Positions 46,449 through 60,632 are shown, numbered from the stretch's first letter. The stretch: DNA of 64,000 nucleotides from Yuukianura sp. NJ FZ-2021 (GCA_046563655.1 CM102284.1:7564001-7628000), one strand, 5' to 3'. Numbers and translations: made by a program. Notes: a model not told the origin generated them from the sequence alone.

Positions 46449-49217
46449 TTAAGTGGGCTTGCAGTAACAGAGTCTTTCTAGGAAGGCGTCTCGAACACAG
46501 CTGACGTCGGTCGAAATTTTGTTCAAACGTAGAATGTCGGAGTAGATTCGGTAAGTTCCCCAGCCCTCGGGATCTCCTTTCCTTCCAAAGAACATAACAG
46601 TAGCCTCGAACATGAACTCGCCAGGGTCAGTGTAAAACGCCACAACAAACGTTTTAACAAGGTTCGTTTCTTCGCCAGTTTCGATTTGAGCTCCTGCGTC
46701 CACGTTGAGCAGTTTCAATTGAGCACATTGAGTGGGTACATTAGAATTAATTTCAGTGATTGCAGTTTCTGCGGCTTTCCGTAGATGGGTATCATTGACA
46801 TGGAGCCGTCTGGGCACAAAGCAAGCGCAGTAGGCTGCAATAATTCCAGCTTGTGAGCACTTCCGATCCAATGGTACTTGAGTGAAAAGTGACTGGCCAT
46901 ATCGTCGATGCATTTCTTTCTTCGTTATTCTGTTTCGAAGGGGCGCAGTTTGTGGTACTACAGTAAATTCATCCAAGATTTGACTCAGCGTCCAGAATAG
47001 ATCGTAAGGTGAGGTCAATCTCCTGTACACATAAAACAAGAGTTGTAACGTTAGAGGTTCCTTGCATCAACATGATTTTCTTGTCTTGCCAATAAAAACT
47101 AAAGCATATGTTGTCTCCTTACTGAGAATTTACTCGAATTGAGTTTAGCCAGTGCGGATGTGATTTCCGAATGGACGGAGGTAGGTAGATCCAGAGATTT
47201 GGCAGTTTATCTTCGTACCATCCAGCGAATGTTTGTCGAATTGAACCATAGTGGTAGCCGTGATCGGACATGAACAGCATGATAGTATTGGTGAGGTTGA
47301 CATTACGCAAAAATTCAGCATGCGTTTCATCACCGTATTTCGCACTCATCAGGTTTCCGTGTGCAAGATTTGTCTCCCAAGAGAACGCAAAGTACGGCAC
47401 GGTTGTCTTCTGGCTACTTCTGCTGGTGGTGATAACATCGTCGACGTAGCGCAGCATAACTTGGTCGACTGTGTTAGGCCCGAGGCACGGAATCTCGGCG
47501 TGCTGAAAATTCACAACGGTTAGTTTAATTAACGTATTAATTCAGCATTCAGCTGACTATGTTCTCCAAATTAGTGTTCATTGTATAAAAAAGTGTGTAT
47601 TGTTGTGGTATTAGGTATCAGTTCTTATTAGTCTTACCTCACTATGTGTGTGCTCGTGGACAGAAATCATAAATGGGCTGAAATATTCCCAACAAATTCA
47701 GCATTTACCTCACTCCTTTACAAGTTCAACTTCTAATTTTTGCATTGGACTATACAGCAAGTTGTACTTACCGGAAGAAAAAATCCGTTGGTTCCATAAC
47801 AAATCCCGTTTTGATGTAATTGAACGTTGCTAGTCTTGGTGAATCCTCGACTAAGGCCGTGAGGTATTTAGCCTCGGAAAATCTGCTCCATACGTAGTTA
47901 GGATTACATTCGTCCTGGCTTTGATCATTACTCAAAAGGCAAGACCGCCGTATCTCATCTTCGGAGTAACCAGAAAGCAATACCAGCACATTCGGAAATG
48001 TGTTCTGACCGACTACACAAAAGTAGGAGTAATATTAGAAATTAAACTCGCTTTGATACACCGTGTCGAATAAAGTTCACAAACCTTTTGTATGTCCCAA
48101 CATTTCGACTGCTCCGAGGTCTCTGAGAGCTTTGCGGGTCCGAGGCATCGTACGATGAAAACTATTTCGTGCCATGGAATCTGCAAATGTTTAACCAAAG
48201 TTTTTATACTGGGACAAACTTTAACTCACGGCTATCTTTACCAATTCCAATGATGAGGACATTTGGTGGCCTCACTTGAGGGGATGTTTTCCAATGCTTC
48301 ACCTTTTGTGTAACTTTGGGTGTTTGTGGGAGTAGAACCAGAGCGTGAAAACGGCGATAAAGAATATCCGATGTCAAGAGCCAATACTTTGCCTTGCAAT
48401 GAACTCGGATAAACGGTGCTTTCACTGCTGTAATTCTCTCTGTGATCGCTGTACATTCCGAAGAGTACCTAAGGATGAATACAGGAAAGTACTACCGATA
48501 ACACAATACAAGCATCATTACCAGGTACAGCTCGTCGGCGCTACAAGATTTAGTATTTTTGACTGGCTGGACGTTGCTTACCTTACTCTCCTGTCAGCGA
48601 ATTTGTCATACTTATCAATGGTTTGAGTTATGCGGTGAATTGTATAGTAGCAGCAGGAGATGGACGAAGGGGAGTAACCCGACTGTAACATTGCAGTTTC
48701 GTTGATGAATAGAAGCTGAAACAAAGGAAATCATGTTAACAACTTGCAACTTGATTCGCCAATCCCAACAAAATTAGAGTTACCGCATTATTTGTATATG
48801 TCCATAACCGAGGTTCTATGGCCAAACAGTCAGGAGGAACAATGTCTTCTTGCATGAGTATTGGCAATACAGATTCATCCCAGGCAGTCAAGTTGAGAAT
48901 TGAGCAAGAAGGTGTGCGAATAAGGTATCCTAGGCCAGCTATGTCCTCCGAACTCAGGAAATCTAAGGTCAAAAGTAGTGATAAATGATGATCAAGAGGC
49001 TCTTCGATTTAAAACGCATTTAAGTGTGACATGAATTACAGTTATGGCTGAACACGGTGGGCGGGGGTGGTGGATTGTAGTATCGATAGAGTTGAATGGA
49101 GTAGAGCCCGAGACTAAGCAAAAAGAAGATGAAGCAAAATGAAAAACAGAACTTCCGGTTGCGTGTTTTTTTCCATAAAGGCAAGTGAATGATGTATTCC
49201 ATTTCCATTTGATCCAT
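46449..49217 (-). CDS. DUF229 family protein, tandem copy 2
   Basis: Near-identical exon set to copy 1 (GHTKVGQNTFPN, MSDHG, CYCKPT), with splice sites retained. Confidence 0.9.
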
Positions 49218-49594
49218 TCTGGAAGGAAGAAAAGTTACTTATCGCCAATTTATCGACTTTTACTCGGTATGGTGAATTATTTAACAAGTGCTCGCGAAGT
49301 TTTTTATGCAAAATTACCTTCAATTTTCTATGGGCCGACGTTAGACTTGAGCCGAGGGCGAGATGCCATCTTGTAAGTTGTTAAACAATATCCTTTCTCT
49401 TCTAGCAATTGACCCCACGGTACTACTGTTCACAAATTCTGTTTCCTCCGATTTTAGCGTCACGTTTACGAAAAATAAGCCGCTGCTGTTTGTTGTCATT
49501 CGTATTGAGTTCATTTCGGAATTATTTCATGGTCTAAGATCTAAGTTTTAAATATAAAGTTAACTTAAATGTGAGGTTCCTTGACAACCGATTT

Positions 49595-49952
49595 GTACTC
49601 AACGTCAACGGTGATGTTCCGTCAGCTTTTACCCGCTTGTACTTTGCTTTTTATTAACGTTTTTTTTATTGGCGATTTGATTCTTACATCGCAGAAAATT
49701 TTTCGGTCGAGGTAAGGATTAACGAGCGTCATTTTAACCGCACAGTGTAGCCGCTCCGCCATTTTTTGTGGCTACAATGGGTGGCTACACCCATGGAGCG
49801 GCAACTTAAGTGTTAAGTCGCCACTTTAACCTAACCTACAATGACTACGTGCGGCTACAATGCGGCTATGTGCGGCTACAATGACGGTCGTTAAAGCTTA
49901 CCCCAACCAATTTTTCTCCACACCCGCTGGAAAACTAGAATTCTGAGGAACC
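49595..49952 (+). pseudogene. Second, more decayed GH125 3' remnant, interrupted by a MITE
   Basis: CGTCAGCTTTTACCCGCT...TTGGCGATTTGATTCTTACATCGCAGAAAATT, then the MITE, then ...GAAAACTAGAATTCTGAGGAACC matching the GH125 stop region. Confidence 0.7.
49711..49908. mobile_element. Small MITE, same family as 13652-13897
   Basis: TIRs GGTAAGGATTAACGAGCGTCATT / AATGACGGTCGTTAAAGCTTACC, with internal GCGGCTACAAT subrepeats. Confidence 0.8.
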
Positions 49953-50502
49953 TTACTGTGAAGTATAAAAATTTTTAAATATAACAATCTGTTTTTAAAT
50001 ATTCGGTGACGTAGAAAAGTATTTAGGTGGATGGATTGTAACATTTCATTTTCGGGAGTTTATGATTCATGCTTATTCCCAAAATTTTGAAAATGAAGTA
50101 AAATGTTAGTTTATATAAACTTATTTTATTCGTTTTTGACAAATTTTCAACAAGAATAATAAAGTTTTCATGAAGTTGGAGTTCAAAGGTCATAACAGGA
50201 TTAACGCTTTTGGCTTACGCAGGTAGTTAACAACGAGCATTTAATAGAAAAAGTTAACTAAACAGTAATTCATAATAAATAATTTCATAAAGTTTGTTTT
50301 ATAGATAAAGAAGATGAGGTGAAATTTGGAAAGTGTTGAAATTTTGGATGAATTTGTAAGTTCAAATGTATCGTGTAAATAGGCATGCTCATGCAGATAA
50401 TTTGGAAAGTTTCGAAATTTTGAAGGTTTTTGATATTTTTTGGATACAGTTTAGAAAATTGAAGATGCGGTGTTTTGAAAAACTTGAATTTCAGATCTTT
50501 CG

Positions 50503-53500
50503 TCACCAAAATTTGTGTTTCTTTTTTGGATGAACTGGTTTATTCGGTGGACTTCGATTGGAACGCTGAGCAGCGTCTGGAATATGTTGTACCCTCAGGG
50601 GTTTGTAGGTAATCTAAAACCAGAAAATTTTTTCAAAATAATCTTTTTTCAAAAAAAACTTTCACTTTTTTTGAAAAACTGACCAATTCTTGATTGTCTG
50701 GAACGCGTATGAGGAGGTTGAGAACTTCATCGGTTGGTTTGACATTTGGACGCAGAATTGGTCTGAGGAAGCGATGAAGTCCCCAGGCCATGCAGAGGTA
50801 TCGAACTGGAATGAAGTACAGAACTACTGTGGCCAGAAACAGGCCAATCACTGACAACCACGATATGAACGGAATCGTAAACCGGAACATGCTGAAATTC
50901 AAAATTTTGAAAAATTTTGTCAAAAAAATTTAGAATTTTGACACCTCAAGTTCCTTTGACTTTGAGTTTTAAGTGAAAGTCGTGAGATTTTGGAAAAACT
51001 TACTTTCTCGTGCTTTCACAAAAAGAAGCGACGCTGCCGAGAGCATTTTGGAGAGTACCTTAAACATTAGCACAGGAATTAAATGTATTACATTTGAATA
51101 TAATATTTAAATAACATATTATATTAATATTAATATAAAAATATTGTTAGTACATGTTGCATCTTGGACCGCCAGCAGCTTCTGTCTAAGGCTCATCTTT
51201 TTTTCTTCTCCGTCCGCCTGGGCATCGGCGTCATCTTCATCCAGCACAAGCGGATCCCCGTCTTCTGGATACTCTTCTGGAAATGGCGTACCGCTAAGCG
51301 TACACACCTTTTTTTAAAAAAAATTCGAAAAAAAATTTTTTATCAAAATTTGAGTTTTCAAAATTTCATAAATTTTGATTTCGGACGTACAAACCACGTT
51401 CGGAGAATGAGGAGCATGAGCAGTAGTGGAAGAAAGTAAGGCTGGAATGTGTAACAAATGATTTGGTAGAGCAGTAAGGCAATTATACTTCGAACAGGAC
51501 TCTCCCATTCCATGCAACTCTGGAGAAAACCAAGTTTTGAAACTTTTTTGAAAAAACTTTTCGAAAAAACTTCGAAGGCAATCTTGATTTGAAAAAGTTT
51601 GAGTTGTTACCTGGACATACTGCATCACATCATAGATTCCCATACAAATTGTTCGGAGTCTATCAATGTTCAGAAGAAACGTTTCACGGTTGAGGCGTTG
51701 GTCTGGAACGAGAAATTTCTGCTCAGGCGGATCCATTACACGCAAACCTGCACGAATCTAGAAAAATAGGAAAAGTTAGGTTAAGATTAGGTTAGGCAGG
51801 TTATGTTAGGCTAACATTTGGTTAGAATGGCATACAGGATTCCAAACCAAGTCCATCTCCAGCAGGATTTGCGGTGACATGCCGGAGTTTCCTTTGGCTT
51901 GACGCAGCAGCTTCCGATCTTTCAAAACGTGCCACTTTTTCTCTCCATTTGTAATTTTCCAAAGCGGAATGAGCAGTTTTCCTAAAAATTCTGTTTTGTG
52001 ATTTGTGTCTTCATCGTACACCGTAATTTCCAGAATGGACGTAATATCTTTGACGGCAAAAGTGAAGATCTTGTTCCAACATGGGGTCAGTGTTCGATAC
52101 TCGGTCTGGGTCTACAAAAAAAAATTAATTAGAGGTCAATGACCTGTTTTTATTTTGAGGTCAAAGGTCACGCTTACCTGCAGTCTGGCATTGACCAATT
52201 CCAAAACTACAAAGGGATCCGACTTCCCTCCGATGTCTGCTGCAACGAGCCCTTGAGCCTCGTAAACTTTTACGGTCAAGTGACCAATGTCTTTTAGGTT
52301 GTGGAAGCTGCGACTAAGTTCCTAGAAATACAAAAAATTCAAAATTTCAAAAAAAAAGCAACAACTTTCACTTTTCATAAAAAGACACTGAACAAGTATC
52401 ACTTGTCAGCGATGTGGGTCCCTGGAGTCCCACCGGACAAAATCTCAACTGCGTTTGACATAAAATCTCTCCAGGATTTCAAAATTTTGAAAAATTTCTC
52501 ACATGGGAAATCGCCAACTTTCTCTCGTGTGACTTGTCACTCGTCCAGAACTTTCACTTTTGAAAACTTTTTTCTTTCTTTTTTGAAAACATGAGTTTTT
52601 TTTTTTCAAAATTTCTGTTTTGAGTGTGACTTACATATCGACTATGGATTTGTTCCATTTCCTCCGTGGATGGATTGTAGTTGGCCAGATCAGAGATTGT
52701 TTCAGTGCCGGAAGTGCCAGAAATTGTAAGCAAAAGTGAAATCTGTCCAGGACCTTCCTGGAGCGGAATGGTCAAATTGTGCGTTGTTTCTTTTTCCAGC
52801 AGCCCAATGTCCACTGAACACCTTCCGATGTAATCTCGACTAAAGGCCTCATCAAACACTTGAATTTCAAGAACTTGTGGTTGACCTTCGTACAAATACA
52901 GGTCAAACTGCTCCAACCACTTTGGCGCAGCAGAGCGACTCACAGTTTTCGTTTTGTATTTTTGGCTTCCTAATCTTAAGTAGGAAAGACAAAACAGAAA
53001 GCACTCCATCAACGTCAGTTTTTTCATTAAAGTGATCATGGTTGGCTAAATTTTGGATGACCTTTGACCTCTGACTTACCTAAATTTAACAAAAGCGTCC
53101 ATCAGTAGTTTTTCGTCTGCCGAAGGAGAGAGATTCGTTGCGTCCAGAAGAAGCACCGTCAGAACGCTACTCCAGATTTGACTTTTCAGCCTCCGTTGAG
53201 AGTCTACGAGTCTTCCAGAAGATTGAGTATCTAACCACTACAAATTTCAAAGAAGTAGTTAAAATTTTGAAAAAATTTCAAAGTTTTGAACATGCTAAGT
53301 TTTTAGACAGTTAGAGACAGGTTTACGGCAGGACAACTTTTGTGCGTACTTCGGACAAGCAAAAAAGCAACAAATTACAAAAAAAAAAAAAGTTGGCTAC
53401 GGAGAAAGTGAGGTGAAAGTTGAAGAAAACGAAAAAGGTCTCGCAGAAATTTTGATTTAGAAAAAAAACGAAAAACATAAATTTTGATTTTGTTAGAAAA

Positions 53501-56500
53501 TGGAAGAGGTCACGTGAGTCTCACTTTGATTGATTGATCAAATTTGGTATTGATTGCACTCCGAATGGATTGTGGCTTGGGTGGTATGCAATAATTTAGC
53601 TAAATAAAAATAATTAAAACCAAAATTATAAAAATAAAATAAGTATAAAAAGGTTCCTCCAAATCATAAAAGTTTCAACTTGTGCACAAAAGTGGTTAGG
53701 TGCTTGTTGTTAGTAGAACAGAGGCATATTAAGAGAGAAGTGGCAGAGGTCAAAGGTCAATGTGTGAACTTACAACATCTTTTTCCTCGGAGGTGCGAGG
53801 GACAAGGGTAACATGTAAAATGATTTCCCCCATGGGGGTCTCACTGGCTAAGTTATTTTCTGTCAAGGTCAAGGTCATTTCCTGTGACTTGTGCAGGGGG
53901 AGGTACGTCAGGTCAAGAGAGGTCATGCCCATGAAGTCATCTTGAAAGCCCCAGTCGTAGTCAAATACCTGAAAATCAAATTTTGAAAAGTGCTAAAATT
54001 TCAAATTTTACGAAAATTTTAATACAAAATACTGCTTTTTCGAAAATTTTGAACTCACTCTGAAAACAACTGGCTGTGAAATGTCGTTGATTGGAAGAAC
54101 GAAGGACTCATCCCAAAATGGATTCAAATCTCTGTAAATCGTTTTGGTTTTGTGGTAAAGTTTATCACCAATTTTGACCTTTACGTAGGGGTCACTGCTT
54201 CCTAAAAACCAAAAAAAAGTTTCGAAATTTTGAAGAATAGTGAATTAAGTTTTAAAATTTTGAAAAAAAAAAAGTGAAGTAAGTTTCAAAATTTTGAAGA
54301 AAAGTGGAGTGAAAAGCAACTTGGATTTTTTATATATCGCAAAACTGATCCCAGAATGGAGAATTTTTGAGTAGCGTCTAACTTAAAATCTAAAAAAGTG
54401 AAAGTAAAGTGAAAGTAAAACTCACCACAAGCGTCTCTAGCTACCAAATTCTTGCCCCTGAGTAGATAGACGTTGAGTGTGTAAAAGGCATTGGGGTTGT
54501 TTGGGGTGATTGCAGTAGAAGAAGCCATGTCCTCCGCCTTTGACCTTGACCCCTCCCCACCCCCTGATCCACTGCCCCCCACCAAATCAAAGTCCAAACT
54601 CTCAGCTCCTCCAACACGGGAACTCACATTCACAGAAATCGAACCAGAAATGTTTCCAGATGGAGAGGAAGTAGTTGCTCCGCCTGAGTTTTCTTGATGA
54701 CTTCCTGCATTTCCTGCACAAAAAACAACTCCAGATGAACTCAAAGTACGAATTACGTTGGTAATTGACCTAATTCTGCTATTGTTAACGTCAATCATGG
54801 CTAATTTTGAAAAATCAAAATTTTGAGCACTACTAATTTCAAAATTTGTGATCTAACGAACCTTAATATTTCTATTTTATGCCTGACGGAAGCCATAACG
54901 CAACTAATTTTCAATCAGTTTAGAAATCACTGCTGTGATAACTTTTTAAAAGCCAAATCCTGTTTTGAAGGACAAACTTCCTTCACTGTACCGCAATTTC
55001 TGCTCATTCATTCACACTTTCTAAAGTTAGACTTTTCACTATTTCTAAACGGTTTTACCAGTTTCGCAATTTTCAAAAAGTCCAGAAATTTTTCAAAATT
55101 GGACTACTTTTGGGTAGAGAAAGTCCAATCATGCTTAAAAGCCTTTGAGTGAGAATTACTTTGGACTATTATGTGAAAATCCATTTGGGAAGTTTGTCTG
55201 AAAAACAGGAGATCAATCAATAAGCCTTTAAGCATCTCCCACTGACATACGGAAACCTAATTTATTTTTTAACAAAGTCCTGGCGTGACCAAATTCCTCT
55301 GAGACGCGCTTCCCTACTTTTCTCTACTCAATACACGTCACTGCTAGCTTTCTACTTTTCTAGATTTCTAGAAAACAACATTTTTAGAAGAAAACTAGGA
55401 GTTGAAAGGTCCAAAGAGATTCTCTTGGCTGCATCTTCCTAGTGACGCCCAATTTCCAAAAATTGATCTCAGACTACAGATTTTCAGAAAAACCGAAATT
55501 GAAAAGAAGATGACAAGACTCCCGAATAAGTCAACTCAATTTTCAGCAAAAGTTAGGCTAACCTCAGCCTAGCTGCAAATCTCAAGCTAACCTAATCAAA
55601 ATCTTACTAGTGTCTTTGTGGCTTGATTTCTAAAGAAGATGTGATCTGGAAATTAATTTGAAGGAACAACAGAAAATCAAGGAATTACTCAACCTCGGAA
55701 AAACCGGTTTTGGGGTAATCTGAAATTCTGGAGAAAAAAAGAACAGAGAAAGCAACATGTTTTGTGTCTTTTCTCTTTTCACATTTTTTTTATCCTTTCT
55801 CAAAATTTTGTCAAAGCATATGCTTAGCAGGGGGCCTTTGAAATTCTGTCACATTTTGTGTCCAAGTCCACCAAACCATAAGTAACTCTCTTCTCTTTGG
55901 AATACAAACTAAACCGCTCCACTTTCTTGTTCAAAAAGTTTTTGAAAATGGAAAAAAGGTGAACCCACAAGTAAAGAAAATTTTACAAAGAAAAAAGAAA
56001 AAACTTCAAACGTACCGCTTAAGAGAGAAAGCCGATTCTCATCGTTCGCCATTCTGCTCTATTTTAAACACAATTTTAGAACAACATTGTTTCCGTTTGT
56101 TCAAAATTTCAATTTAGACGATGCCTTTCACGGAGAATTTTAGATATGTAACTGCGCACATAAGCACGAACACTGTTTTTTCGAAAGTTAGATTGGAGAA
56201 AGCTAAAGTAAGAAAATTGCGCCAATTTTAATGTCACATTTTTTCAAATTCGTAATTGTACTAAAAACGAACTGTTTTCACTACACAAGGTCAACACTAT
56301 CTGAATGTGTCAAATTTAGGAAATTTCCAAAATGTAATTTTCGTGAAATTACTAGTAACTTTTTAGCTGAAAAGGAAATTTTAGTGTAGTAGTAGTGTCA
56401 CTAACTATCGTAATTGACGCACTGCATGCAATGGGAGGAGGATTATAGTAGTCCAGAATGTAATTGTGTAAAATGAGTTATGAGGTTTTGTCTTTTTTTG

Positions 56501-59500
56501 ATAAATTTTTGAAAACCGACTTTTCGTAAGCTAACTAACTAAACTAGGCTTGCGGTTAATCATCTTCCCGTTTTCTATGCTTTTTGTTTATTGCATTTTT
56601 TTCTACTGGAATTGGGAAAATGATGCCACAACACAAGGGAATTGCGGGTTCGCGCGGCTATGTTCGCATAAAGTTCCTCCTGCCACGTATTATTTATTAC
56701 GAAAGATGGATATACATAGGTAGAACATTAGTTTACTTCCATCGTTTACCAAAATTAAAAAACTTCGTGTTCCAGTTGGGTCTAAATTAACATTTAATGC
56801 TAACTTTCACTATGCCGCATGCTGTTCCGTTCTTAAAGTCTGCCGCGTGACCTGTTGCAGGAAAACTGACATTGAGAAACAGCAAAAGTTGAAAAAGAAA
56901 TCAATTTTCATTTCATTTCACTTTCAAGTCAAAAGTCACCTTGCACGTATTTCTTGCTTGGCCTAATACTAGTCACAGTAAAATCAATTTTTCAAAGTTT
57001 CACCGCAAATTGTGGTCCCCAATTCACTTTGATACTTCAATTCTGAAAAAGTGAAGAGAATTTGACCAAAGTTGACCAAACGGTACTCAGGAGTCACGTT
57101 TCAAATCAAAGCAGTTCACATAAAACCGTAAATTTTTAGAGTGAAAGTCCAAATTTCCTTTTGGACCGTTCCCAATTTGTGGGAAAAAAAATAGTTGTTG
57201 GCAGGATAAAAAAAAAGCAAGAGAAAGTTTGATTTATTTTCAAAGAACCCACGGAAAAACAAATTTCATGAACCATTTTTTCTTTGAGGACCAAAATTTC
57301 TTTAGAGAAAGTACTTTTCCCACTTCCAACAGCTTTCAAAAGTGTAATTTGTCGCTCAAAAAGTTGTTTCATGTCCCACTGCTTCCTTAACCTAATATGA
57401 ATGCGAATGCATACCAATGTTACTTTGTCTTTCAGAAACTTATGACTCCGTGACACGAAAATAACATGAAATTCGCGAACAAAATGTTACGCGACTCCAA
57501 AATATGCCAAATTATTCTCTTTCTCCACAAACTATTTACACTTTCATGCTCCAACGTCACTAAAAAGTGAAAGCCTAGGAACTGAAAGTGCCACTTTTTG
57601 AAAAAAAAAAGTCAAACCGCAAGTACGTCTTCATAAAAAAGTGAAAGTCAAGGTTCCTCATTTTCAAAGAATTAAACGACTATTTTCGAAAAAAAAATTC
57701 AAACTCAAGGCGATATTTTCTGAAAAAGTGAATGTCTAGGCACAAATTTCGGAAAAACTGAGTATACCCTGACGTTTTCTGAAAAACTTTTTAGTTTTTC
57801 TAGTTTTTTTTTAACTACTTTTTTGAAAAACTGAAAGACTATCGCAACGTTTCTGAAAAAGTGAAAGTCTAGACTCAATTTTCTGAAAAAGTGATAGTAA
57901 ACGGTAACTTTTTCTGAAAAACTGAAGGTCTAGACACAATTTTTTGAAAAACTGAAAGTCTATCGCAGCGTTTTCTGAGAAAGTGAAAGTTTGGCAATCA
58001 AGCTATGAAAAAATTCGTGACTATGTTAGGTGTTGGCACTTAGCGGAAGAGTATTTTTTGAAGAGTCCTTACCTGGATGAGCTCCAAGTGCTGCTAGTGC
58101 ATCCGAAGAGTCAACTTCCCTTGCATGTCCACAGCACGAACTAAAAGAAGAGCCCTGTGCTCCCGAATGGCTGGGGAGAAAGTGGTGATGAGCTGGCGAC
58201 GTCGTCCTGCTGCCTCCGTCTCTCTCCTTCGACTTATCTCGGTGCTTTGCCAGTCGGGACTATGACACAAATGATTTCAAAAGTCAATTTTCAAAAAAAC
58301 GAAAAAATCTTCAAAAAGCGATTCAGAGAAAGTTCCCGTCAATTTCAGACTCTTGATACAACAAACAAGCACTTGTACATACAGGAAAGTTGGTTCTAAA
58401 TCGACACGGAGCCACCACCCAGAGAGACATTGTCTTCTTATTCCCAACACTTACATGAACTTTCACTTTCAACTTTCCATTTCAACCTATCATAACATAA
58501 CCTTAACCATAATCTAAAAAAGTTAGTGTTTGGAAGACCGCATGACAGCAAACATAGCGGAAGATTGGGTTTCGCACCCAAGAAACTTAATCTTTTCCCT
58601 TAGGACCAATGAGATTAGGTTTTCAGTTTCAATGTTATGTTTGGATTAGGTTATGCTAGTGGATTAGGCTATCAACGTCTGAGCAACTTTTTCTCTCCAG
58701 GAACTTCCATTTTTTGGAGAGAGTTTGGGCGTGGAGAAATGGAATCATTTGTTTTGAGTAGAAAGTGAAAGGTGAAAGCTCTGACAAAGCCTCTACTTTA
58801 ATTGTATACCATCGTAACATTCTAGCGGAAACTTAGGTTTTACTGGTTAGGTTACTTAGGCTAACTATACTTAGGTTTCACTCGTTAGGTTACTTAGGCT
58901 AACTATACTAGCCTAACTTATGTTATGTTCGTTCTCTTTTCACAAGGTTTTACTCGTTAGGTTAGTTACTGTTGGCCTTTTGAGGCCAAATGACCCATTT
59001 ACATTCTGTGATTGCTGAACAGAGTTACTTTCACTTTCACCAGGAGTCAACTACTATGTTTTCTTTTCAAAAATAGCCTTTGGGTGAAATAAAGTCAAGA
59101 GAGGAAGCAATTTGAGGAAGAGAAAGTTGTATTTTTTGAAAATGTTTTTTAATGTTTATATTCTTCTCATTTGTGAGTAAAAAAGTAAAGTTTGCCAATT
59201 TTATTGCCCCTGGAGAAAGATTTTTTTTGCTCAAAGTGAAAGCAAAGTTGGTCTTAAAACAACAAGGAAAAAGAGATAGCAGAATCGCAGCGGCAGATGC
59301 GAACTTTCCGCCAGTATGAACTTTTTCCCGAAACGAAAATTTTTATGCAAAATTATTGCCAAGTTGAAACGTGACTGTATTGGCAAAATTTAACAACGAG
59401 GGAGATAAAGCAAAGGAAGATCAAATAAACATAAACTATGCTAAATTGGAGAAAACATTGCGAAAGATGAATTTTTTTTGCAATTTTTTTTGTTTGAATT

Positions 59501-60243
59501 TTTGCATTTTGCAACAAAATTTTACCTTGAGGTGGCTCATGTAGCCAGTTGCTTTGGAGAGAAAGCCTTTCGATGGACTTCCGGTGATGCTGCTGCCACT
59601 GCCGTCTTCTCCTGACCCCGCCGTGACCTCTCCACGGTAGGTCACCAGCTCTGATTGGTTGTCTCCGGAGTAATTACGTAACCTTTTGGCCTTGTGACAC
59701 AAAAAATTAATATCAAAACATTATTTAAACTAAAAACTAATCCTAAAATGTATTCAAATCACACGAGAAAACTAAAAAGCAGGCAACGTGTGGAAATTTC
59801 AAAGTGAAAAAATTTCGAGTGGCGTTTGAACGTAGAAAAAAGAAAATATTCTTTTAGAAATGAAGAGAGAGAGCGTTCTATTGTTAAATTTCTAAAGACC
59901 TTTCAACTATGGGCTTTCGAACGAACAAAAGCTTTCAAATTCGAAGGTTTTCAAAAAAAAATGCGAAGATTTTTTTTTCAAATTTTGTGCCAATTTATCT
60001 CACCCGGACATTCTCCAAGTTGGCATCGGAGCGGGAGATGAGTTTTGACACCTTTCCTAATCTGGATCTGGAGAAACTGGGTGAGCCTGGAGTGGATTGA
60101 GGAGCTGAACCAGCAGAGTCATCGGCCCCACCAGCCCCACCGCCACTCGAACCTTTACTCTTCACTGACCCACCATCTCCTCCGCCTGCCCCACCACCAT
60201 GAGCAAAAGTTCTGGGAGACTTGGATGGTGGTGGATCCATCAT
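50503..60243 (-). CDS. MCTP: Multiple C2 and transmembrane domain-containing protein
   Basis: Three C2 domains (RGKNLVARDACGSSDPYVKVK; KSQIWSSV...PKWLEQFDL; GLVAADIGGKSDPFV...YDED...EFLGK), then a PRT_C-like TM region (FTIPFISWL...YFIPVRYL...RVPDNQEL). Gly/Ser-rich N-terminal exons near 60.0-60.2, 59.5-59.7 and 58.1-58.3 kb. Stop at 50503-50505. Confidence 0.93.
56016..56052 (-). CDS. MCTP: Candidate alternative first coding exon of MCTP (MANDENRLSLLSG)
   Basis: ATG at 56052, 37 nt, donor G|GTACGT. Phase 1, matching the acceptor of the C2A-containing exon near 54715. Confidence 0.5.
57590..57990. repeat. Degenerate ~30-bp minisatellite (TTTTCTGAAAAA(G/C)TGAAAGTC...) in an MCTP intron
   Basis: About 10 visible repeats of the TTTCTGAAAAAGTGAAAG core. 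Confidence 0.8.
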
Positions 60244-60566
60244 TTTCTACAGTCCTTGAGCCACCCTGAGAACAAACCATCAAAAGAAATTACAAAACCT
60301 AAACTGTACTAAAGGAATGGAAATTTATGATAACTACGCCAATCTCACATAACGCAAGTGAAATCCTGGAAAATTGGCTTCCAGCGATTCCAGGTTTCTC
60401 CAGCATCCACCTTTCTCCAGCGATTCAGCGATTGTTCTCCCCTTTCACTTTCATTCCCTTAACTCTAATTGCATTTCAACTTAACTTTTCCCTTCAGGCC
60501 ACTTAATTATTCACTAACACACGAAAACCACTTTACTCCTCACATCTCTCACAGCATCTTTACTTT

Positions 60567-60632
60567 AAGGTTAGGTTTAGATTAGGTTTACGTTAGGTTT
60601 ACTTTAGGGTTTGCATTAGGTTAGGTTAGGTT
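60567..60632 (+). repeat. Interstitial degenerate (TTAGG)n tract
   Basis: aaggttaggtttagattaggtttacgttaggtttactttagggtttgcattaggttaggttaggtt. Similar short tracts near 45825 (CCTAA), 51775 and 58830-58960. Confidence 0.7.
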
